Assembly (NCBI GenBank): GCA_963666055.2
Contig: CAXWPH010000011.1
Span: forward strand, 64,001 to 128,000
Origin: Acidobacteriota bacterium
GTDB taxonomy: Bacteria > Acidobacteriota > UBA890 > WLXD01
Reading direction: 5' to 3'
Length of the DNA stretch: 64,000 nucleotides
Within the stretch, counting starts at the first letter, position 1. Every line of letters starts with the position of its first letter. The position numbers and the translations under genes were made by a program. The notes under the pieces were generated by a model. It saw nothing but the letters and a program-made list of their open reading frames with translations, ran no database searches and was not told where the DNA came from. Positions 29,070-39,633 of the stretch are shown piece by piece.

Positions 29070-30902
29070 TCAGCGCAAACGCGACGCGATCAACGCATCG
29101 ATCTCGCGAGTCGCCTGGTGCAACGCTGCCTGCAGCCGGTTCCGCTCTCGTACGAGATCGACGAGCAGGAACCCGTAACGGCGGCTGTCGACTTCGAGCG
29201 AACCGAGCTCACGCACGGGTATCAGCCCCGGAAGCGCGCCCACGTTCAATGCCGGATCAGGGTGAAAAGGTCCGGATCGCGTGTGGATTACTCGGTGTAG
29301 CGGGCGCATGATGCGGACCAGCGCTCGATCGATGTCCACTCTCTGAAACCAGCGCCGTGCTCGCCACGGCATCAGCGCAATCTCCTCGATCCGTGTCGCC
29401 AGCACCGTGGCGCGCTCGCTCAAGGTGCGAGCGTCGTCGACGGACTGCGAGAGGTCGAATTCCATACCGGCAGTTTCCTGGAGCTCGACGAGCTGCGCCA
29501 CCAGCGCCGTGGTCTCGGCCTCGATGTCGAACGGGGGAACCTCGTCGGCAAGAAGTCGCGCCAACGCCACGGCGTACAGCTCCGTATCGAGCTCCAGAAT
29601 GTCCAGGTCGATCTTGTCGATGGTGTCTTCAGCGGTATGCCACCACCAGTAGCCGCCATCTTCGGCCGACCGCGAGTGCCCGAACTGTAACTGTGGCAAG
29701 CCGATCCCGTTGAACGCTTGATCGGAATCCCTTCCAGGTAGAGCGACCGTCGGCTCGCTCTGAGTGAGCTCGTCCACCATCTCGCTACCGAGGCCGGCGA
29801 GCGACATGCTGGCCCTGACGGAAAAACGCTGCGCGTCGATCTGCCCGATGCCGTCGATGTTCATATAGGCGATGCCGCGTGCGGTCAGCTCCTCGAAAAA
29901 CTGGTCCGCGAACCAGGTTGACCCAGCATACCGACCGTTGCTGTGACCCGGCCACCAGGCCACCACCAAACCCCGACGCAAGCTGGCTCGCTCCGCCCAG
30001 AACGCGCGTGCAAGCTCCACCATGGCAGCATTCGACGCCCCCTCATCGGTGGCACCGTAAAACCAGGAGTCGATATGGCCGCCCAGCAAGACATAGGGCG
30101 CGTCCTCGATCTCGGGCGGGTCGATGCGCGCTACCACGAGTCGCAGCTCCTTCCACCCGGTGTCGGTGGTCACATCGAGACGCAGGGTAGCGCCACTGCT
30201 TGCCAGCTCCCTGAGGCGCTCGCCATCGGACGCCCGCACCTGCGCCACCGGAAGACTGGGGACACGGTGCGCAGATCGCCGGGAGGGGGTTCCCCAGACG
30301 GTAGTCGTAATGAGCTCGTTGAGGCGCTCCCGCGGGTTGATGAACACGGCCCCGGCAGCACCCATTTTCTCCAGCACCCAGGCCGCCTCGGGCATGGGTA
30401 ATCCCTCGACGAGAGCGATCTTCCCACCTAGATCGGCGCCGCCATGGGCCTCGAGCTCGAGGATCTCACCGCTTGTCAGATCGATGCGGGGTAGATCGTC
30501 TACTCCCCCGACATCGACCCCGACACCTTCCAACCCGTCTACCGAACCGGAGTAAGCCGCCGTGATCGCGTCGGGCGCGAAGCTCACCGAGGGAACGCTT
30601 ACCGAGGCCGAGACAGGATCGCTGACGTACGCCCAGAACGCGTGGATCTCGGCCGGGATTCCCGCGCCGCGGAGCGTTTCGACTATGTGATCGATGGCGG
30701 CGTTCTCGCCGAGGCTGCCTGAGGGTCGTGGGTGGACGACGATGGCGTTGACCTGGGCGCGCAGCCCGGCTGTATCAATGCGATCGCGCAAACGGGTTGC
30801 CAGCTCAGCCGCCGTATCGTCCTGGCCGTAGGCACCACCAACGGCGAGAAAAGCCGCGAGTCCTACGGCGCAGAGATTAGGAGTCGTTCGGCGAATTCGC
30901 AC
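29070..30902 (-). CDS. M28 family metallopeptidase with PA domain, secreted
   Basis: GGHIDSW, GATD, WWPGHSNGRYAGS, NIDGIG, WWWHTAEDT; start trimmed to GTG 30902 (GGAG RBS, signal peptide). Confidence 0.85.
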   Translation of the reverse strand: MRIRRTTPNLCAVGLAAFLAVGGAYGQDDTAAELATRLRDRIDTAGLRAQVNAIVVHPRPSGSLGENAAIDHIVETLRGAGIPAEIHAFWAYVSDPVSASVSVPSVSFAPDAITAAYSGSVDGLEGVGVDVGGVDDLPRIDLTSGEILELEAHGGADLGGKIALVEGLPMPEAAWVLEKMGAAGAVFINPRERLNELITTTVWGTPSRRSAHRVPSLPVAQVRASDGERLRELASSGATLRLDVTTDTGWKELRLVVARIDPPEIEDAPYVLLGGHIDSWFYGATDEGASNAAMVELARAFWAERASLRRGLVVAWWPGHSNGRYAGSTWFADQFFEELTARGIAYMNIDGIGQIDAQRFSVRASMSLAGLGSEMVDELTQSEPTVALPGRDSDQAFNGIGLPQLQFGHSRSAEDGGYWWWHTAEDTIDKIDLDILELDTELYAVALARLLADEVPPFDIEAETTALVAQLVELQETAGMEFDLSQSVDDARTLSERATVLATRIEEIALMPWRARRWFQRVDIDRALVRIMRPLHRVIHTRSGPFHPDPALNVGALPGLIPVRELGSLEVDSRRYGFLLVDLVRERNRLQAALHQATREIDALIASRLR

Positions 30903-30927
30903 ACTGCGTCTCCGGCTCGCCCAGAAA

Positions 30928-31860
30928 TCAGGGCGTGATGTCGGGGCGATACCCCGTAACGAATCCAAGGATCGGGGCAGCCGCCGTCATGTCTGCAGCC
31001 TCAAAGCGTACCGCGTGAGCATCGACGCGTTCGAACATCGGCAAGAACGCTAGTAGCTGGCTGGGCCGGTAGTTCTTGAACCGCACCGTCACGGTGACCG
31101 GTATTTCGACATGATATGGCTCCATCTCATCGATGCGACGCACGGCGCGCTCGACCGCCTCACGGATGACCGCCTGGCCGGCCGAGGGCGTCAGGGTGGT
31201 GGCCGAGTGGAACGAGTGCGCCCATTTCACGACCGCTGGCTCGAACCCATCCCCCAGCGTTGCCCGGGCCTCGGCGATCGTGGCGTCGTCGCCCGAGATG
31301 GCGATAATCGGCACGCCAAGATGACCGGCAATAGCAGCGTTCCAGACGGTCTCATTGGCCGAGCGACCGTTGATGCGCACATCAGCGAGCGTGGCGCTCG
31401 ACATGGTGTGGGCGCGGACCCCGTCGGAATTGGTCGTACCGGCGTGGTAGCCGATGAATATCGCTCCATCGAACGTGCTATCGAGCCCGTGCATCATGCC
31501 CAGCCGACGTGGCCACGAACGTACGATCTTGACGTCGTCGGGCAACTCGTCGATCAGCAGGTTCTGACCGTTGCCGTGCGAGTCGCTCACCAGGATCTCG
31601 ACGGCGCCGGCGGCGCGGGCACCGTCTATCGCCGCCAGCACCTCAGCAGTCATGAAACGGCGGAAGCGCTCGTACTCGAAGCCTCCCGTACCGAGTTGCT
31701 GCTCGCTAACCGCACCCGTCACACCTTCCAGATCGGCCGAGATGTAGATCTTCGTGCCCTGCGACCCGGCAACTGGAGCCGCCGTATGCGCCACCTCGGG
31801 AAGCAGCGCCAACAACACCGCTACAGTCCCGGCAACAACGAACCGTAGTCTCTCGTACAA
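30928..31860 (-). CDS. M55 family D-aminopeptidase (DppA-like) with signal peptide
   Basis: KIYISADLEG, DSHG, IGYHA, AHT, SGDD; TTG 31860 with GAGGAGG RBS. Confidence 0.9.
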   Translation of the reverse strand: MYERLRFVVAGTVAVLLALLPEVAHTAAPVAGSQGTKIYISADLEGVTGAVSEQQLGTGGFEYERFRRFMTAEVLAAIDGARAAGAVEILVSDSHGNGQNLLIDELPDDVKIVRSWPRRLGMMHGLDSTFDGAIFIGYHAGTTNSDGVRAHTMSSATLADVRINGRSANETVWNAAIAGHLGVPIIAISGDDATIAEARATLGDGFEPAVVKWAHSFHSATTLTPSAGQAVIREAVERAVRRIDEMEPYHVEIPVTVTVRFKNYRPSQLLAFLPMFERVDAHAVRFEAADMTAAAPILGFVTGYRPDITP

Positions 31861-31870
31861 ATGCACCTCC

Positions 31871-31981
31871 TCAAGTGGCAACAATCGCGTCGGCTTCGAT
31901 CTCCACCAACATGCGCGGGTCAATCAGTCCGCTGATCTCCATCATGCTCGTAGCCGGCAAGACGTCGCCGAAGAACTCGCT
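31871..31981 (-). pseudogene. C-terminal remnant of a RidA/YjgF family gene
   Basis: SEFFGDVLPATSMMEISGLIDPRMLVEIEADAIVAT* matches the RidA C-terminus; the upstream frame shows no RidA-like sequence. Confidence 0.75.
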
Positions 31982-32135
31982 TGTCAATTCCCAGGCTGCG
32001 CCAGCATAGCGGGGAGCGATCAGCCTCGCAGCGTCCGCTGCAGTTTGCTACGGTGATTCGGTGCTTGATCCATGCTCCGTGCCCCCACCGCGGCGCGACA
32101 AGATCTCGAAATAGACCACCCCTCGAGCCGGCGAC

Positions 32136-34811
32136 ATGCCCCTGAGACCCGCGTTCTTGGCGACGTTGTTACTCACCTCGGTCCCCCTGCTCGCGTTTGC
32201 GCAGGAGGCCCAGACCCCGTCGTCGCGAATCCGCGTGCTTACCCTCGACCCCGAGGGGTCGCCGATCGAGGGACTACTCGTGCAGGTCCTCGGACCAACG
32301 CGCCAGGTGGTACGCGAGACGCCATCGGACGCCAGCGGGACGGCGTTACTCGACGGGCTGCGTCGCGGTTCGTACGAGCTTCGGATCATCAGCACCTTCT
32401 ACACTGATGTGTACCGCGTGCTCGACTTGCGGCAGGAGGAGCTCGTCGTCGAGGTGACCATGCTGCCGTCGGGCGTCGAGGAGCGGGTTACGGTCACCGC
32501 AGCACGGGGAACGTTGCGGGAAGAAACCAAGATTCCGGCTACGGTTCGCTCACTCGACGAAGCTCGCCTGAAGGCGCGGGCGGTCGACCTCTTGCCCCGG
32601 ATGCTCGACGAGGAGCCCGGAATCCTCACGCAGCAGACCACACCGGGGCAGGGTTCGCCGATCCTCCGGGGGCAGAGCGCCCAGGCGGTTCTCTACCTGC
32701 TCGACGGGGTGCGCTACAACAACGCTACCTATCGCGCCGGCAACACCCAGTATCTTGCCTGGATTCCCGACGCTGCAGTCGATTCGGTGGAAGTTTTGCT
32801 CGGCCCGGCAGGCGTCAACTACGGAAGTGACGCGCTGGGTGGCGCGGTCAATGTCATCAGCAAGCCGCTGCCCGGATTCACGCCAGAGCGCACGCGGTGG
32901 TCGGGTAGTGTCCGCGTTTTCGGAGAATCGGCCTCGAACGGGGGCGGCGCTAACGCCACGCTGGGTGGATCGGGTCGCAATTGGGCGGCCTATGTCACCG
33001 CCAACGCTAGTCGGCACAACGAAGTGCGCGGCGGCGGCGGCATCGATTCGCATCACGCCAGCACCCGGTTCGTCGGCTTCACTCCCCGACAGGTGCGCGA
33101 CGTCTTTGGTGGGCGCTATCGCGACACCGGGTACTCGGCGGTCGGCCTCACCGCCAAGGCAAACCTGCGAGTCGGCTCCGCCGGCACCCTCTCTGGCTAT
33201 CTGGTGCGCTCCGAGCAATACGACATACGTCGCTACGACCGCCTCCTGGGAGGCGATGGTCGTCTGGTTGCCGACTTCGACCCGCAACAGCTCACTTTCG
33301 GCTATCTGCGTTACGCGCGATTCTTCACGAACGAGTTTCTGGAGGTGACGCTATCGCTCAACCGGCAGACTGACGGCCGACGCGACCAGCGCCGTCCGAC
33401 CGACAGCTTGCGCACCGAGCACAACCAGGACACCGCCCTCGGCATCGAGATCATCGGCTCCAAGACGTTCGCAAGCCATCTGCTTAGCGGTGGAATCGAG
33501 GTCTATGACGAGAACATCAACGCCACCAGAACGCAGACGAACGACGGGATCTCCGTCGCCGTTCGGCCGCGAGTCCCGAACGGCGCCACCTACCGCTCAC
33601 TCGGCTTCTTCGTCCTCGATGAGTGGAGCGCTGTCGACGGCCGCCTGTTGTTCTCGGGCGGCGCTCGTTACTCGGCATTTCGCTACCGGGCCCGATCTGC
33701 CGACAACATCATCAGCGGCGAAGCGCTCGTGCCCGAAACGCAGGCGACGTTCGACGACCTTACCTTCAACTTGGGCGCCAACTACGTTGCCAGCGACACG
33801 CTGAGTGCATGGGGCCGAGTGGCGCGTGGCTTCCGCGCGCCTTCTGTGTTCGACCTCGGCGAGATCGGTCTTACCGGCGGGGGGTTCGAGATCTCGCCCA
33901 CCGAAGCCGTCGGCTTCGGCGCTGTGGTCGGAGACTCGGCCGGCCGCGACGCGAGGCGTACCGGGAGCTCCTGGCGCCCCTTGATGCCCGAAGTTCTATG
34001 GAGCTACGAGGTTGGCCTGCGATGGTTCGACAACGATGTTCGCATCGAGCTCACCGGCTTCAGCAGCGAGTTCTCTGAAGCCATCTCTCGCCGCACTGTG
34101 ATCATCGATGATCCGGTGGTCGGACAAACTATCGGCGGCGAGGCAATCGTCGCGCAGGACACCGACGGGCGGATCTTTGTCGGCGCCGACCCGGATCCGG
34201 TCGTCTCTCGAGCCAACATCGGGCGTCTGCGAGTATGGGGACTGGAGCTGCTGGCGCAGAAATCGTTGAGTCTGCACTGGCTTGCAACCTTGAAAGCCTC
34301 GTTGCAGCGCGGCGCTGAGCTCGATACGGGCTTTTTCGCTCGTCGGATCGCGCCGGACAATGTCACCGGGGTGGCGCGTTGGCGCTCGTCATCCGGACGC
34401 TTGTCGATCGAGGCCGTGCTGAAGGGGGCGCGTCCGCAGACGCGGCTGAACCCCGCAGACCTGGAAGACTCGCGCATCGGTGCTTTTCGCGATGCTGGCG
34501 ACATTACCGACTTCTTCAACAACCAGGGGCCGCGGCTAGGGCTTGTGGCGAACGGGATTCTCCTGGCCACCGGTGAGACACTCGACCAGGTCATAGACCG
34601 CGTCCTCGGCGCCAGCCGAGCCGGTGCGCCACTCTTCACCTCCACGCCTGGATGGGCGACCCTCAGCGTCCGGGGCACGTACGCCCTGGCAGACAAACAG
34701 ACCCTGGTGTTCGCGCTCAGCAACCTCACCGATACCAACTACCGCATGCATGGCTCCGGATTCGATGCCATGGGCATCAACCTGAGCATGGCGTACTCGG
34801 TGAGCTTCTGA
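32136..34811 (+). CDS. TonB-dependent receptor
   Basis: Signal peptide, N-terminal extension, VTVTA, plug SPILRG..LYLLDG...VEVLLGP..YGSDALGGAVN, GFRAPS, C-terminal ...YSVSF. Confidence 0.93.
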   Translation: MPLRPAFLATLLLTSVPLLAFAQEAQTPSSRIRVLTLDPEGSPIEGLLVQVLGPTRQVVRETPSDASGTALLDGLRRGSYELRIISTFYTDVYRVLDLRQEELVVEVTMLPSGVEERVTVTAARGTLREETKIPATVRSLDEARLKARAVDLLPRMLDEEPGILTQQTTPGQGSPILRGQSAQAVLYLLDGVRYNNATYRAGNTQYLAWIPDAAVDSVEVLLGPAGVNYGSDALGGAVNVISKPLPGFTPERTRWSGSVRVFGESASNGGGANATLGGSGRNWAAYVTANASRHNEVRGGGGIDSHHASTRFVGFTPRQVRDVFGGRYRDTGYSAVGLTAKANLRVGSAGTLSGYLVRSEQYDIRRYDRLLGGDGRLVADFDPQQLTFGYLRYARFFTNEFLEVTLSLNRQTDGRRDQRRPTDSLRTEHNQDTALGIEIIGSKTFASHLLSGGIEVYDENINATRTQTNDGISVAVRPRVPNGATYRSLGFFVLDEWSAVDGRLLFSGGARYSAFRYRARSADNIISGEALVPETQATFDDLTFNLGANYVASDTLSAWGRVARGFRAPSVFDLGEIGLTGGGFEISPTEAVGFGAVVGDSAGRDARRTGSSWRPLMPEVLWSYEVGLRWFDNDVRIELTGFSSEFSEAISRRTVIIDDPVVGQTIGGEAIVAQDTDGRIFVGADPDPVVSRANIGRLRVWGLELLAQKSLSLHWLATLKASLQRGAELDTGFFARRIAPDNVTGVARWRSSSGRLSIEAVLKGARPQTRLNPADLEDSRIGAFRDAGDITDFFNNQGPRLGLVANGILLATGETLDQVIDRVLGASRAGAPLFTSTPGWATLSVRGTYALADKQTLVFALSNLTDTNYRMHGSGFDAMGINLSMAYSVSF

Positions 34812-34857
34812 CTGACAGGATCGCGTCAGAAAACCACCAGATGCACCGGCGGCGGTG

Positions 34858-34884
34858 AAACCCCTCGGGCCTCAACGCGTATCT
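34858..34884 (+). promoter_or_regulatory. Candidate ECF promoter AAACCCC-N14-GTATCT
   Basis: Resembles the motif upstream of the ECF gene at 11151. Confidence 0.4.
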
Positions 34885-34928
34885 GCTAGTAGGAACACTC
34901 GCCCGAGCTCTGTGACCGAGGAGTTGCC

Positions 34929-35579
34929 ATGCAGGCCAGCCTGCTGTCGCTTTTTTTGATCGCTGCGGTAGCGACACCGACCGCCGCGACTACACCGTCC
35001 GGTGAGACGCGAGAATTCAGGCGCGATTTCAGCGCCGCCAACCTCGACGAGCTGTACATCGACTTTCCCATTGGCGAGCTCGAGATCGAGGGAACGAGCA
35101 CTGACCGTATCGAGGTCCGGGTGAGCATCGGGTGCGACGGCTGGCGAGCGCGGTCGTGCCGCGAGAGTGCCCAACATGTTGAGCTCGAACCCAACCGCGA
35201 CGGCGACCGACTGGAGCTTTCGTTCGCTGGCTTCAGCAAGTGGCGTAACCGTGGCATGCACATCAACATGAAGGTGCGGCTGCCGGCGCCCCTCGACCTC
35301 GCGGTGGACATGAGCATCGGCGAGCTTCAGATACGGGCTGTTGCCGGCAACGTCGTCGTCGACATGAGCATCGGCGAGGTTTCGTTGCGCATGCGCGAGG
35401 CGGACGTTGGTCTCCTCAGCATGGACACGGGAATCGGCGAGTCGTCGCTGGTAACGCCAGCGGGACGATCCGAGAGCGCCGGGCTATTCACGCGTGAGCT
35501 GCGGTGGGACAAGGGCCATGGCGAGGCGCGGATCCGCATCGACCTGGGTATCGGCGAGGTCGACGTTCGCTTGAGCTAG
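34929..35579 (+). CDS. Secreted beta-repeat protein (DUF4097/LiaG-like)
   Basis: Signal peptide; repeats of D(M/L)(S/G)IGE; GAGGAG RBS. Confidence 0.7.
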   Translation: MQASLLSLFLIAAVATPTAATTPSGETREFRRDFSAANLDELYIDFPIGELEIEGTSTDRIEVRVSIGCDGWRARSCRESAQHVELEPNRDGDRLELSFAGFSKWRNRGMHINMKVRLPAPLDLAVDMSIGELQIRAVAGNVVVDMSIGEVSLRMREADVGLLSMDTGIGESSLVTPAGRSESAGLFTRELRWDKGHGEARIRIDLGIGEVDVRLS

Positions 35580-35691
35580 CAGGCCGTTCCGGGACACTGA
35601 CAATCTGCCAGACTCGGAGCACTGCGGTAGGATTCGTCCGACACCGCTTCGATCCGCCGGAAGTCTCAGCTCCGTCTCCGGAACGCTGGTA

Positions 35692-37299
35692 ATGGACACG
35701 ATCGTCTCCAGCCTGGAAACTGAAAGCACCGCAGCGCGCCACAACGCAGCCCACCATCGCGCCCTCGCCGAGGAGCTGAGAGAGCGTGCCGCCGCGGCGC
35801 GCGAGGGGGGCGGCCGCAAGTACCGCGAGCGACACACTGCGCAGGGGAAGCTCTTCGTCCGCGACCGTATCGACGGGCTCATCGACGACTCCAGCCCACT
35901 GCTCGAGCTCTCGCCGCTGGCGGCAGACGGAATGTACGACGGGCGAGCTCCGAGTGCCGGGATCGTCACCGCCGTGGGGCGAGTTTGCGGCCACGAGGTG
36001 ATGATCATCGCCAACGACGCCACCGTGAAGGGAGGCACCTACTTCCCGCTCACCGTGAAGAAGCATCTGCGCGCCCAGCAAATCGCGCTCGAGAACCGGC
36101 TCCCTTGCATACACCTCGTCGACTCCGGAGGTGCTTTCTTGCCGATGCAGGACGAGGTATTCCCGGATCGCCAGCACTTCGGTCGTATCTTCTACAACCA
36201 GGCGCGAATGAGCGCCGAGCGCATCCCACAGATCGCTGTCGTGATGGGTAGCTGCACGGCCGGCGGCGCCTACGTGCCGGCGATGAGCGACGAAGTCGTG
36301 ATCGTCCGCAATCAGGGCACGATCTTCCTCGCTGGCCCACCGCTGGTGAAGGCAGCGACCGGCGAGGAGATAAGCGCCGAGGAGCTCGGCGGCGCCGATG
36401 TCCATGCCCGCCAAAGCGGCGTCGCAGACTATCTTGCCGATGACGATGAGGACGCGTTGAGGATGGCGCGCAACATCGTCGAGAACCTGAACCTAGTGAA
36501 GCACATCGACGCCGAGCGGAAGGAGTCGGAGGAGCCGCTCTATCCTCCGGAGGAGCTCTACGCGGTCGTGCCGACGGATCTACGCAAGCCCTACGACGTT
36601 CGCGAGATCATCGCGCGAATCACCGACGGCAGCCGATTCCACGAGTTCAAGGCAACGTACGGAACTACCCTGATCACGGGCTTTGCACGACTACACGGAT
36701 TGCCGATAGGCATCATCGCCAACAACGGCGTGCTCTTTTCCGAAAGCGCGCTGAAGGCAACGCACTTTATCGAGATGTGTGACCTGCGCCGTGTTCCATT
36801 GGTGTTCTTGCAGAACGTCACCGGCTTCATGGTCGGCGGTCGGTACGAGGCCGGGGGAATCGCCAAGGATGGCGCCAAGATGGTGCACGCGGTGGCCAAT
36901 GCCACGGTGCCAAAGCTGACCGTGATCGTCGGCGGATCGTTCGGGGCAGGAAACTATGGCATGTGCGGGCGTGCCTATGATCCACGATTCCTGTTCACCT
37001 GGCCCAACGCCAGGATCTCGGTGATGGGCGGCGAGCAGGCCGCCATGGTGCTCGCGCAGGTCAAGCGCGACCAGCTGTCGCGCCAAGGGATCGACTGGTC
37101 GGAGGCTGAAGAAGGGGCGTTCAAGCAGCCCATCCTGGACGCCTACGAGCAGGAGGGCAGCCCCTACTACGCCACCGCGCGCTTGTGGGACGACGGCATC
37201 ATCGACCCGGCCCAAACCCGTGACGTGCTGGGTTTGGCGTTATCGGCCACCTACAACGCGCCCATGCGAGAGCCGCGCATGGGCGTCTTCCGAATGTAG
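35692..37299 (+). CDS. liuB: 3-methylcrotonyl-CoA carboxylase beta (carboxyltransferase) subunit
   Basis: [69 protein letters not shown]. Confidence 0.93.
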   Translation: MDTIVSSLETESTAARHNAAHHRALAEELRERAAAAREGGGRKYRERHTAQGKLFVRDRIDGLIDDSSPLLELSPLAADGMYDGRAPSAGIVTAVGRVCGHEVMIIANDATVKGGTYFPLTVKKHLRAQQIALENRLPCIHLVDSGGAFLPMQDEVFPDRQHFGRIFYNQARMSAERIPQIAVVMGSCTAGGAYVPAMSDEVVIVRNQGTIFLAGPPLVKAATGEEISAEELGGADVHARQSGVADYLADDDEDALRMARNIVENLNLVKHIDAERKESEEPLYPPEELYAVVPTDLRKPYDVREIIARITDGSRFHEFKATYGTTLITGFARLHGLPIGIIANNGVLFSESALKATHFIEMCDLRRVPLVFLQNVTGFMVGGRYEAGGIAKDGAKMVHAVANATVPKLTVIVGGSFGAGNYGMCGRAYDPRFLFTWPNARISVMGGEQAAMVLAQVKRDQLSRQGIDWSEAEEGAFKQPILDAYEQEGSPYYATARLWDDGIIDPAQTRDVLGLALSATYNAPMREPRMGVFRM

Positions 37300-37327
37300 C
37301 GACCCTCGCGAGCACGGAGTCGAGGAC

Positions 37328-38125
37328 ATGACCGACGAATCGCCCACTACCCTGCGGCTGGAGCGCGCCAATGCGGTGCTGTCCGTGGTGCTCAACCGAC
37401 CGCAGGTCCACGACGCCTTCGACGAGGTGATGATCGGCGAGCTTACGCGGGTTTTCATGGCCGTCGCCGACGACGACGCTGTGCGAGTCGTCGTGCTCAG
37501 GTCGACCGGCAAGCACTTCTCAGCCGGCGCCGACCTCAACATGATGCGCCGCATAGCCGACTACTCCGAGTCCGAAAGCGCCGCCGACGCCCGCCGCATG
37601 GAGAAAATGTTCCGCGTCATCGCCACCTGCCCGAAACCAGTTGTGGCACGCGTACAGGGGGCGGCGCTCGGCGGCGGATCGGGGCTCGTCGCAACAGCCG
37701 ACATCGCGGTCGCATCGACCGCGGCGCGATTTGGATTCACCGAGGCCCGCCTGGGCATCGTCCCCGGAGTGATCTCGGCGTACGTACTTCGCAAGGTCCC
37801 GGCCGGCCAAGCGCAGGCGCTCTTCCTCACCGGTGCTCGCTTCAACGCGCTACGGGCGCTCGAATTGGGCCTGGTTCATGAGGTGGTCGAGCCGGGGCAG
37901 CTCGACGCGGCTGTCGATCGAGTGGTCGACGAGCTGCTCGCCTGCAGCCCGGATGCACAGGCGAGGATCAAGCGACTGGTACCCGCGATCGCCCATCTCG
38001 GCGTCGAGACTGCCGCCGACCTCACCGTGAAGGCGATCAGCGCGGCACGCGCCAGCGACGACGGCAAGCGCGGCATGACCGCGTTCCTGGCCAAGGAGAA
38101 GCCACCTTGGAGCCGGGAGCACTAG
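37328..38125 (+). CDS. liuC: Methylglutaconyl-CoA hydratase (crotonase family)
   Basis: LNRPQVH.AFD, FSAGADL, GAALGGG.GL, FTEARLG; lies between MCC subunits. Confidence 0.85.
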   Translation: MTDESPTTLRLERANAVLSVVLNRPQVHDAFDEVMIGELTRVFMAVADDDAVRVVVLRSTGKHFSAGADLNMMRRIADYSESESAADARRMEKMFRVIATCPKPVVARVQGAALGGGSGLVATADIAVASTAARFGFTEARLGIVPGVISAYVLRKVPAGQAQALFLTGARFNALRALELGLVHEVVEPGQLDAAVDRVVDELLACSPDAQARIKRLVPAIAHLGVETAADLTVKAISAARASDDGKRGMTAFLAKEKPPWSREH

Positions 38126-38145
38126 TGTTACCGCACGGGACACCC

Positions 38146-39633
38146 ATGCTCCCGAAACGGGTTCTCATCGCCAACCGCGGCGAGATCTCGGTACGCGTTA
38201 CGCGGACGTGTCACGCCGCTGGCATCGAGGTTGTGGCCGTCTACTCCCCCGAAGATCAAGGCTCGCCCCACATCAACGCTGCGGACCGAGCGGTCGAGGT
38301 CCCCAGCTACGTCGACATCGACGCATTGGTGTGGGCCGCCACTGCCGCTGGCTGTGATGCTGTCCACCCAGGCTACGGATTCCTGTCGGAGAGCCCCCGC
38401 TTGGCGCGGGCAGTGATCCGTGCGCACCTCCTGTTCATCGGCCCGCCGGCGACAGCGATGGAGATCATGGGCGACAAGACCAAGGCGCGCGCCGCCATGG
38501 TCGAAGCCGGAGTACCGATCGTGCCAGGGTCCGTTCCGGGAGACGCCGACCAGCTCGCCGACGCTGCCGCGGCGCTCGACTACCCGGTGCTCCTGAAGGC
38601 GGTGGCGGCGGGTGGCGGTAAGGGAATGGCGATCGTGCACGACCGCGCCACGCTGATGCGCGTGTATCGGCAGGCAACCGACGAGGCGCGCCGATCGTTC
38701 GGCGACGGGAGCCTGTACGTCGAGAAACTCATCGAGCGTCCTCGCCATATCGAGATTCAGATCTTCGCGGATACGCATGGCAACACCGTGGCGCTCGGCG
38801 AGCGCGAGTGCTCGATTCAACGCCGCTATCAGAAGATCATCGAGGAGACGCCCTCTCCTGCAGTGGACGACGACCTTCGCGCCCAGTTGAGCGTCGCCGC
38901 CATCGATGCGGCCCGCGGCGTCGGCTACGTCGGTGCCGGCACGGTGGAGTTCCTGCTCGCCGCCGATCGCAGGTTCTACTTTCTGGAGATGAACACGCGA
39001 CTGCAGGTCGAGCATCCGATAACCGAATGGGTTACCGGCCTGGATCTCGTGCGTCTGCAGCTCGAAGTCGCTTCCGGAGGGCCACTACCACCCGAGGCGA
39101 TCCAGCCTCGCTTCGTCGGGCACGCCGTCGAGTGCCGCATCTACGCAGAGGATCCAGGTGATGGTTACCTGCCGCAATCCGGGAGCATCCTGCTGCTACG
39201 TGAGCCCAGCGGCCCCGGCATACGGATCGACTCGGCGCTCGCCGATGGGCAAGAGATCACCGTTCACTTCGACCCGATGTTGGCCAAGGTCTCTACTTGG
39301 GGACGTGATCGGTCAGTGGCCATCGCACGCATGCGGGAAGCTCTTCGCCGCTTCGTGCTGCTCGGGATCCGCACCAACATCGACCACCTGCAGGACATAT
39401 TGGCGCTCCCGGCGTTCCTCGAGGGGGAGCTCTCAACCACGTTCCTGGACGAGCACCTAGCGGCCTGGCCAGCCACCTCCAACGTCCCCGACTTGGCGCT
39501 TGCTGCCACCGCGTTGGCGGATCCTGTCGACGCCAACAGCAGGGCGCGCGACGATCCGGCCCGGGATCCGCGGACAAACGACCCCTGGCGAACGCTCGGC
39601 GACTTCCGCGTCGCCGCCACGGACAAGCCATGA
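38146..39633 (+). CDS. liuD: Biotin carboxylase (MCC alpha subunit, N-terminal part)
   Basis: LIANRGEI, HPGYGFLSE, GGGKGM, ERECSIQRR.QK, EMNTRLQVEHP, RIYAEDP. Confidence 0.9.
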   Translation: MLPKRVLIANRGEISVRVTRTCHAAGIEVVAVYSPEDQGSPHINAADRAVEVPSYVDIDALVWAATAAGCDAVHPGYGFLSESPRLARAVIRAHLLFIGPPATAMEIMGDKTKARAAMVEAGVPIVPGSVPGDADQLADAAAALDYPVLLKAVAAGGGKGMAIVHDRATLMRVYRQATDEARRSFGDGSLYVEKLIERPRHIEIQIFADTHGNTVALGERECSIQRRYQKIIEETPSPAVDDDLRAQLSVAAIDAARGVGYVGAGTVEFLLAADRRFYFLEMNTRLQVEHPITEWVTGLDLVRLQLEVASGGPLPPEAIQPRFVGHAVECRIYAEDPGDGYLPQSGSILLLREPSGPGIRIDSALADGQEITVHFDPMLAKVSTWGRDRSVAIARMREALRRFVLLGIRTNIDHLQDILALPAFLEGELSTTFLDEHLAAWPATSNVPDLALAATALADPVDANSRARDDPARDPRTNDPWRTLGDFRVAATDKP

